Origin: Planktomarina sp.
Lineage (GTDB): Bacteria > Pseudomonadota > Alphaproteobacteria > Rhodobacterales > Rhodobacteraceae
Reading direction: 5' to 3'
Assembly: GCA_031920365.1 (NCBI GenBank)
Contig: JAVLEV010000002.1
Span: 1-45,277, forward strand
Length of the DNA: 45,277 nt
In this document: one piece after another, positions 40,266-45,277 of the stretch
How positions within the stretch are numbered: position 1 is the stretch's first letter
How the letters are laid out: every line of letters starts with the position of its first letter
Translations under genes and position numbers: made by a program
The notes under the pieces: generated by a model
What the model saw: the letters and a program-made list of their open reading frames with translations, nothing else
What the model was told of the DNA's origin: nothing
Database searches by the model: none

Positions 40266-41432
40266 ATGACGAAGCGCGCAGTAATCAGTGGTGGCTCTAT
40301 CGGAGGCTTGTTCGCGGCAAATGCTTTGCTTCAGGCAGGGTGGCATGTGGACATATTTGAAAGAACGGCGGTTGAACTTTCGGGGCGGGGCGCAGGCATA
40401 GTTACGCACGATACCCTAATAAATGCATTAAGGACTGTTAAAGCAGATCTCACTGACCTTGGTGTTGAAGTTCGAGATCGCGTTGCATTTAATGGAGCTG
40501 GGCAAACCATAGCCACCCTTCCCTATCCACAAGTTGTTACGTCATGGGATCGCATATACCAAATTTTACGACATTTGATACCAGAAGGATGCTACCATCT
40601 CGGCCAACATATCACTAGCTATAGCCAAGATAAAGAAACTGCGACTGCACATTTCGCGGATGGTTCCTCAAAAACAGCAGACCTACTGGTTGGTGCTGAC
40701 GGTTTTCGCTCTGCCATAAGGACTCAAATGCAGCCAGACGTAAAGCCAACATACGCCGGATACGTCGTCTGGCGTGCGCTTGCGCAGGAAGCAGATCTAC
40801 CAAAAGATATTCGTACTAATATTTTTCCAAAATTTGCATTTTATACGCCCGAAAGTAGTCAGGTCATCGGTTATCCCATTGCTGGTCCAAACAATAACCT
40901 AAACGAGGGACATAGACGTTATAATTTTGTCTGGTATGCAAAGGCCTCTGACCTCAAAAATATGTTGACTGATGTGACCGGTTATCACCATCCCATCTCA
41001 ATCCCTCCCCCAATCATCAGAGATGACGTACTTGCAGCCATGTACAAACAAGCAAACGCTATATTGCCAGATGCATTCGTTGAAATTCTAAAACGCTCTG
41101 AGCGTCCTTTTTTTACACCTATCTACGACCATCACTCACCTATAATGCATCACGGGCGCGTGGCCCTCTGTGGCGATGCCGCGTGTGTTGCCCGTCCTCA
41201 CGTTGGCATGGGCGTTACGAAAGCCGCCGAAGACGCCTTGTGCCTCGCCAAATTTGCGGCCGGAAGTTTAGCAGATTATTCTAAAATTCGGGTCCAAGCC
41301 TCAAAACGCGCTTATATTGGTGCGCAACAGCTTGGGGCGTGGATGATCGAAAGTAATAGTAACAATAAATATGGTGAATCACATTCACGACTATCTGACA
41401 TTATGAAACTAACAGCAGTAACCGTCGACTAA
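40266..41432 (+). CDS. FAD-dependent monooxygenase, 2,6-dihydroxypyridine 3-monooxygenase (DhpH)-like
   Basis: GGSIGG, FER...LSGRGAGIV, TSW, GADG..S, YAGYV.WR, RYNFVWY, GDAA.VARPH.G.G..KA. Confidence 0.85.
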   Translation: MTKRAVISGGSIGGLFAANALLQAGWHVDIFERTAVELSGRGAGIVTHDTLINALRTVKADLTDLGVEVRDRVAFNGAGQTIATLPYPQVVTSWDRIYQILRHLIPEGCYHLGQHITSYSQDKETATAHFADGSSKTADLLVGADGFRSAIRTQMQPDVKPTYAGYVVWRALAQEADLPKDIRTNIFPKFAFYTPESSQVIGYPIAGPNNNLNEGHRRYNFVWYAKASDLKNMLTDVTGYHHPISIPPPIIRDDVLAAMYKQANAILPDAFVEILKRSERPFFTPIYDHHSPIMHHGRVALCGDAACVARPHVGMGVTKAAEDALCLAKFAAGSLADYSKIRVQASKRAYIGAQQLGAWMIESNSNNKYGESHSRLSDIMKLTAVTVD

Positions 41433-42007
41433 ACTTTAAAATAATCATTAGTTGCAATATCTAATTTTGGCAAAGCGGGTCCATCCCCATCAGCAACATC
41501 AAATACATTTATAGTCATTGATATTAAAGTATAGTATCCGCAGATACCAACAAGATCGACACAACCCTGCAAGCCGAGTACCTGTTTAGCTGCAGCGTAA
41601 GATTGATCACTGACTCTTTTGGATAAGTTTAACTCAACTACAAAACTGAAAACAGCACGCATCTTTGCATCTTGAAAATTGAAAAACTTTGCACAGCCAA
41701 TAGCCTGGACTGCTGCCTCAGGTACTCCAGATTCGAGGGCAATTGGCACATGGTGACACCATTCAAACCCAGAAGACCAATACCTGGCAGTGACCAATAT
41801 AGCCAATTCTGACAAGTGCTCTGGCAGCACACTATCGAACCTCACGTATTGCCCAAGGGCCTGCGCCTGTGCGGCTAATCCAGGACTTTGCAGCCAAACA
41901 AGTAGTGGCCCAACAACCGTCCCACGTGGCCCAGTTAAAATGGCATCATAAATTTCCTGCTGATCACGCGTTAGCGCTGATTTATCCAACTGCGGAATAC
42001 GGCTCAT
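41429..42007 (-). CDS. Carboxymuconolactone decarboxylase/AhpD-like protein
   Basis: GPRG..GP..W..SP, ELAILVTAR, EW.HH, GYY motifs. Confidence 0.85.
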   Translation of the reverse strand: MSRIPQLDKSALTRDQQEIYDAILTGPRGTVVGPLLVWLQSPGLAAQAQALGQYVRFDSVLPEHLSELAILVTARYWSSGFEWCHHVPIALESGVPEAAVQAIGCAKFFNFQDAKMRAVFSFVVELNLSKRVSDQSYAAAKQVLGLQGCVDLVGICGYYTLISMTINVFDVADGDGPALPKLDIATNDYFKV

Positions 42008-42495
42008 AGCGGAGAAGTCTTATGCATCTGGCCACGATAAAAAATTAATGGGTCTCCCTCACTATAGTCAAAATCAATTATCTCACCAACCACAATGACA
42101 TGATCACCACCAATATGGATCGTATTGGTACGGCAAACAAAATTAGCAATACAATGACTTAAGCGCGGGGCCTCTAGAAGAGTTTCAGACAAAGGGATAC
42201 CTTCAAATTTGTCATCCAAAGGTTTCGAAAACTGCCAAGCAACATCAGCTTGTTCGTGGGACAGTACATTTACCACAAACGCTACACCTTCTTTGAAGAG
42301 GCGCACACTTGCTTGCTTTTCTCCCAACGAAAACAAACATAACGCTGGCGACATGCTCAATGACGTAAATGATCCAACAGTCACGCCAGTAGCCCTTCCA
42401 TTCTCGTCATACAAGCTGACCACACTGACACCCGTAGGCAAACAGCCAAACGCATCTCGCATTTCACGTGGGCTCCTCACCGGTTGATCCAACAT
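42004..42495 (-). CDS. Flavin reductase (HpaC/RutF-like)
   Basis: R.AFG..PTGVSVV, SFTSLS..P, VNVL, GGDH..VVGE, PLIFYRG. Confidence 0.93.
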   Translation of the reverse strand: MLDQPVRSPREMRDAFGCLPTGVSVVSLYDENGRATGVTVGSFTSLSMSPALCLFSLGEKQASVRLFKEGVAFVVNVLSHEQADVAWQFSKPLDDKFEGIPLSETLLEAPRLSHCIANFVCRTNTIHIGGDHVIVVGEIIDFDYSEGDPLIFYRGQMHKTSPL

Positions 42496-42757
42496 TTATT
42501 CAATATTACTAATCTTTCAACTATAATGATGGTAACAATGTAGGGTGGATAGATAATTTACAAAATGATAATTTATCATACTAAAAATTCATTTCTTGAA
42601 TAGTTAGAAGTGATTAATTTAAATTAAAGCACACTAAAATATACTGGAGCGTTTTCCAAGTTTAGATATGTTCGACACTCGCAAATAAGCGCCACATCAG
42701 ATATATCCGTAGGATACATTTATCTAATCCCCAAGGAAGCAACGTCCTGTTTGGTGA

Positions 42758-44314
42758 CTAGCGAATTATAGGCTCTTGCTGCGGAAGATGGATAGTGTGA
42801 ACCGCACGTAAGCTTGCATCGAGCTCGGGCGCAAAACGAGCAGCAGAGACTTCTGCAAGGATTTCATCTTTACGCTTTGTTGCCTTAAGTAATAGATCTG
42901 GCTTATCAAGTTCAATCCACTCTTTCGGCGACGTCCGATCACCAAGTCTGGGATAAACAAAATCTGATTGCATACGGCTAAGTGTTTGATCGGTTCCCAG
43001 ATAGTGGCCAGGTCCACCCAAACAAACCTCTGCCATTTGATCCAGAGCGATGGTTTCGTCAGTTACCTCTATGCCTCTCACACAGCGCAAAGCTTGGCCA
43101 ATAATATCATCGCTTAGAATAAGACTTTCAAGACAAAATCCAAGTAATGAAGCATGCATGCCTGCGGCTTCGTAGACCATATTGAGCCCAGAGAGCCCTG
43201 CCATAACATTAGAACACATCTGTTCCCAACCTGCTTGCATATCCGGCATTTTTGAATCAGATGCACCGGCAGCAGCACCTCCAGGAAGGCCGTAAAATTT
43301 ATGCATTTGTGAACACCCCGCGGTAAGAAGCGCTTGCTCACCAGAACCGACAGACATTGCGCCGGTACGTAGGTCAAGACCAAAAGGCCAGGTACCAAAT
43401 ATAGTTGGGTGCCCTGGGGCAATAGCGTTGACATAAACAAGACCGGCCAGGCACTCTGCGGTGGCTTGAGTAATAGCACCCGCAATGGTGGAGGGCGCTG
43501 TTGCGCCTGCCATGCCAGCGGACAATAGAAGTACTGGCATACCTCCACGAATACAGGCCTCCATCACTTCGCAACTTTCTGTTGCAAACTTCATGGGTGG
43601 CACGACGAAGCAGTTTGAATTTGATACAAATGGGCGTTCACGATATTTGGCTTCGCCACCAGCAATTTGATAAAGCATTTCAAAGGCACCAGGTACAAAA
43701 GATGGCTCGGTGAAAGATGTACCTATATGCTTGGTTGTGCCAGACGTGCAGGCATAAATAGTGTTTAGGTCCATTTCATAATTATTAGTGATATCGCGGC
43801 ATACCATAGGGCGTTGTACGAAGTGTACGTTGTCAAGTTTATCTACGATCCGTGCAGCATTATGCAAATCTTGGACAGTACATTCACGGTATTGATTGCC
43901 GTGTACATCAACAATGTGTACCGCAGCACCTGCAGTACCATAGTGAACACGATTGCCTGAGAGCTTAAGATCGTTTTTACCGTCACGGCTGAAAAGAGTA
44001 ACCTCGCGACGGGCTTTGGCCAGCATATCCTCAACAAGCACACGAGGGAACCTGATGCGGCCATCGTCACCTTGGATTGCGCCAGCGTTGATAAGGATTT
44101 CAACTCCTGATGGCGGCGCATCAGCAAGGCCAATGGTTTCGAGCGCATCAAGTGCTGCAGTATGAATTTTTTGGACATCAAGATCAGACAAGGGCTTATA
44201 AGCTCCACCTGTCATGCCTGCCCAGATAGGGCGGGCATCATCTGAAAGGGGCGCTGCGCGAAGAGCTCTGCGTGCAGAACGGCCACCGGAACGGCGGGAA
44301 GGATTTGGTGACAT
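42758..44314 (-). CDS. Trimethylamine methyltransferase (MttB) family protein, non-pyrrolysine
   Basis: RRSGGR.AR N-terminus, AGATAP.TIAG, DLRTGA..GSGE, DSKMPD.QAG.E, GPGHYLG; no internal amber codon. Confidence 0.92.
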   Translation of the reverse strand: MSPNPSRRSGGRSARRALRAAPLSDDARPIWAGMTGGAYKPLSDLDVQKIHTAALDALETIGLADAPPSGVEILINAGAIQGDDGRIRFPRVLVEDMLAKARREVTLFSRDGKNDLKLSGNRVHYGTAGAAVHIVDVHGNQYRECTVQDLHNAARIVDKLDNVHFVQRPMVCRDITNNYEMDLNTIYACTSGTTKHIGTSFTEPSFVPGAFEMLYQIAGGEAKYRERPFVSNSNCFVVPPMKFATESCEVMEACIRGGMPVLLLSAGMAGATAPSTIAGAITQATAECLAGLVYVNAIAPGHPTIFGTWPFGLDLRTGAMSVGSGEQALLTAGCSQMHKFYGLPGGAAAGASDSKMPDMQAGWEQMCSNVMAGLSGLNMVYEAAGMHASLLGFCLESLILSDDIIGQALRCVRGIEVTDETIALDQMAEVCLGGPGHYLGTDQTLSRMQSDFVYPRLGDRTSPKEWIELDKPDLLLKATKRKDEILAEVSAARFAPELDASLRAVHTIHLPQQEPIIR

Positions 44315-44957
44315 TTATTATGCTCATTTTTGTTGAGTGAAATCTTACGGCTTGTCTTAAATCAAAGCCGTGGGGAACCGCGCGCTGCGCGGCCACGTTT
44401 CGCGCCAATAATGCACGATATTAAGGCTGCCATCCATTCAAGATCTAGCATAATATTCTCTTATTACGATGCTATTATTTTATGTCTATATTTTGTATAA
44501 AAATGCTTATTTACGCCATAAAAGTCGTTTTTGAGGCTTTTGCAAAACACCAATGCTAGCTTGACCAGGCTGCTCACATAATTTCATCTTACTTTAACCA
44601 AGAGCGTGAGCTTTGATAGAATGAATTAAGCTTCAAATTTTCACGAGACTATAGATAAGCAGCCTGAGCCTAGCATAAGCCTAAGCTAGCCACTAGCCTC
44701 TGAATATACCTAGAAAGAGCTAGGTACTGTTGTCTTTGATCTACAACTACTCAAATCTTCTGCTTCAGAATCCTCAATACATAACGATATTAAGTTGCAG
44801 CTATCAATTTTAAGGAAGTGTCACAGCCCTTACTCTGGCTTAGATTTATTAACTGTTATGTCGCTCTGTCAGCTCACTGAAATTCCATCTTGAAGAACTG
44901 ATAATTAACGTACCAAAAGTATTAAATAACTACTAATTAACTTAATGATATTGTACC

Positions 44958-44988
44958 AGTAACGCCCCACAATCTGCGGAGCGTTACT
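44958..44988 (-). terminator. Stem-loop downstream of the SBP gene
   Basis: Minus strand AGTAACGCTCCGCA-GAT-TGTGGGGCGTTACT, 14 pairs including G-U; no clear U-tract. Confidence 0.55.
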
Positions 44989-45001
44989 AGACTTAATACC
45001 T

Positions 45002-45277
45002 TTACTTAAGTGCTTTATCGGTAATTGCATGTGTCCATGCGCCTTTAGGCATAATGGTGATTACAGGATCTGAACCACCAGTCATAAGGCTTGAAACTGT
45101 GCGATCAAAATCTGCTTCTGACAGCGCTCCATTACTACCAGCCGTAAGTTTGGCAATCTCACCCATTTGAATAGTATTAGCGTCGACAGTCTGTGACCCG
45201 GAATCATCGTTATCGACAACTATTTGAGCGGCTTCAGCTGTATTATTCTCAGCGTACTTCCAGCCTTTCATAGATGC
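45002..45277 (-). CDS. 3' end of an NMT1/THI5-like ABC substrate-binding protein (runs off the window)
   Basis: SMKGWKYA...AA.IV.DND..G.QT, MGEIAKL, GGSDPVI, GAWTH, recalled from alphaproteobacterial nucleobase-type SBPs. Confidence 0.75.
   Translation of the reverse strand, partial: ASMKGWKYAENNTAEAAQIVVDNDDSGSQTVDANTIQMGEIAKLTAGSNGALSEADFDRTVSSLMTGGSDPVITIMPKGAWTHAITDKALK

Noticed and set aside
38536-42007. Beta-ketoadipate pathway (pcaD/pcaC)
   Set aside because: No pcaGH, pcaB or pcaIJF; the CMD protein is the longer uncharacterised type.
900-44208. Numerous short antisense or overlapping ORFs in the track (e.g. 9600..10220 -, 12616..13062 -, 25433..25867 +)
   Set aside because: They are shadows of well-supported genes and have no family motifs.
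42758-44314. Pyrrolysine read-through in MttB
   Set aside because: The ORF is full length with no internal TAG, and no pyl genes are present.
44347-44371. SAM-II/SAM-V riboswitch, suggested by the TGATTTAA loop
   Set aside because: The loop is too short and the pseudoknot partner/GCTAAA tail is not found; kept only as an unclassified structure.
44615-44725. AGCC/CTAG-rich short repeats in the long intergenic region
   Set aside because: Irregular, with no constant repeat-spacer period; not CRISPR and no recognisable ORF.
1-45277. Mobile elements, defence systems, tRNA/rRNA, CRISPR
   Set aside because: No integrase, transposase, nuclease, repeat array or structural RNA gene recognised by eye.

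Overview
Bacterial chromosomal segment, most consistent with a marine alphaproteobacterium (Rhodobacteraceae-like gene content, very AT-rich intergenic DNA); the taxonomy is an inference. The window opens with htpG, a TIGR03084/DinB-like gene and a SYLF lipoprotein, and ends with a non-pyrrolysine MttB-family gene and a partial NMT1/THI5 binding protein. Between them (about 4-42.5 kb) is a dense catabolic island. It holds two different molybdenum hydroxylases: a NicAB/IorAB-like two-subunit enzyme and a CoxMSL-like enzyme with a non-CODH 'QYRAVG' active-site loop. It also encodes a type II Baeyer-Villiger-like luciferase monooxygenase with a flavin reductase, a DhpH-like FAD monooxygenase, and several ring-opening hydrolases/decarboxylases (cyclase, PuuE-like, ACMSD-like, PcaD-like, MBL). 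Transport comprises ABC, TRAP and twin DASS systems; regulators are LysR, GntR and TetR; and there is a thiol/redox block (3 GSTs, 2 OsmC, Prx-like, CMD). The best candidate for an undescribed system is a pathway for an N-heterocyclic aromatic substrate (pyridine, pteridine or purine-like), which matches no canonical pathway I recognise. Also seen: an SDR gene relic containing a 39-bp inverted duplication, candidate operators, and a switch-like leader upstream of mttB. No rRNA, tRNA, CRISPR or transposase was recognised. All protein calls come from motif recognition, not database searches.
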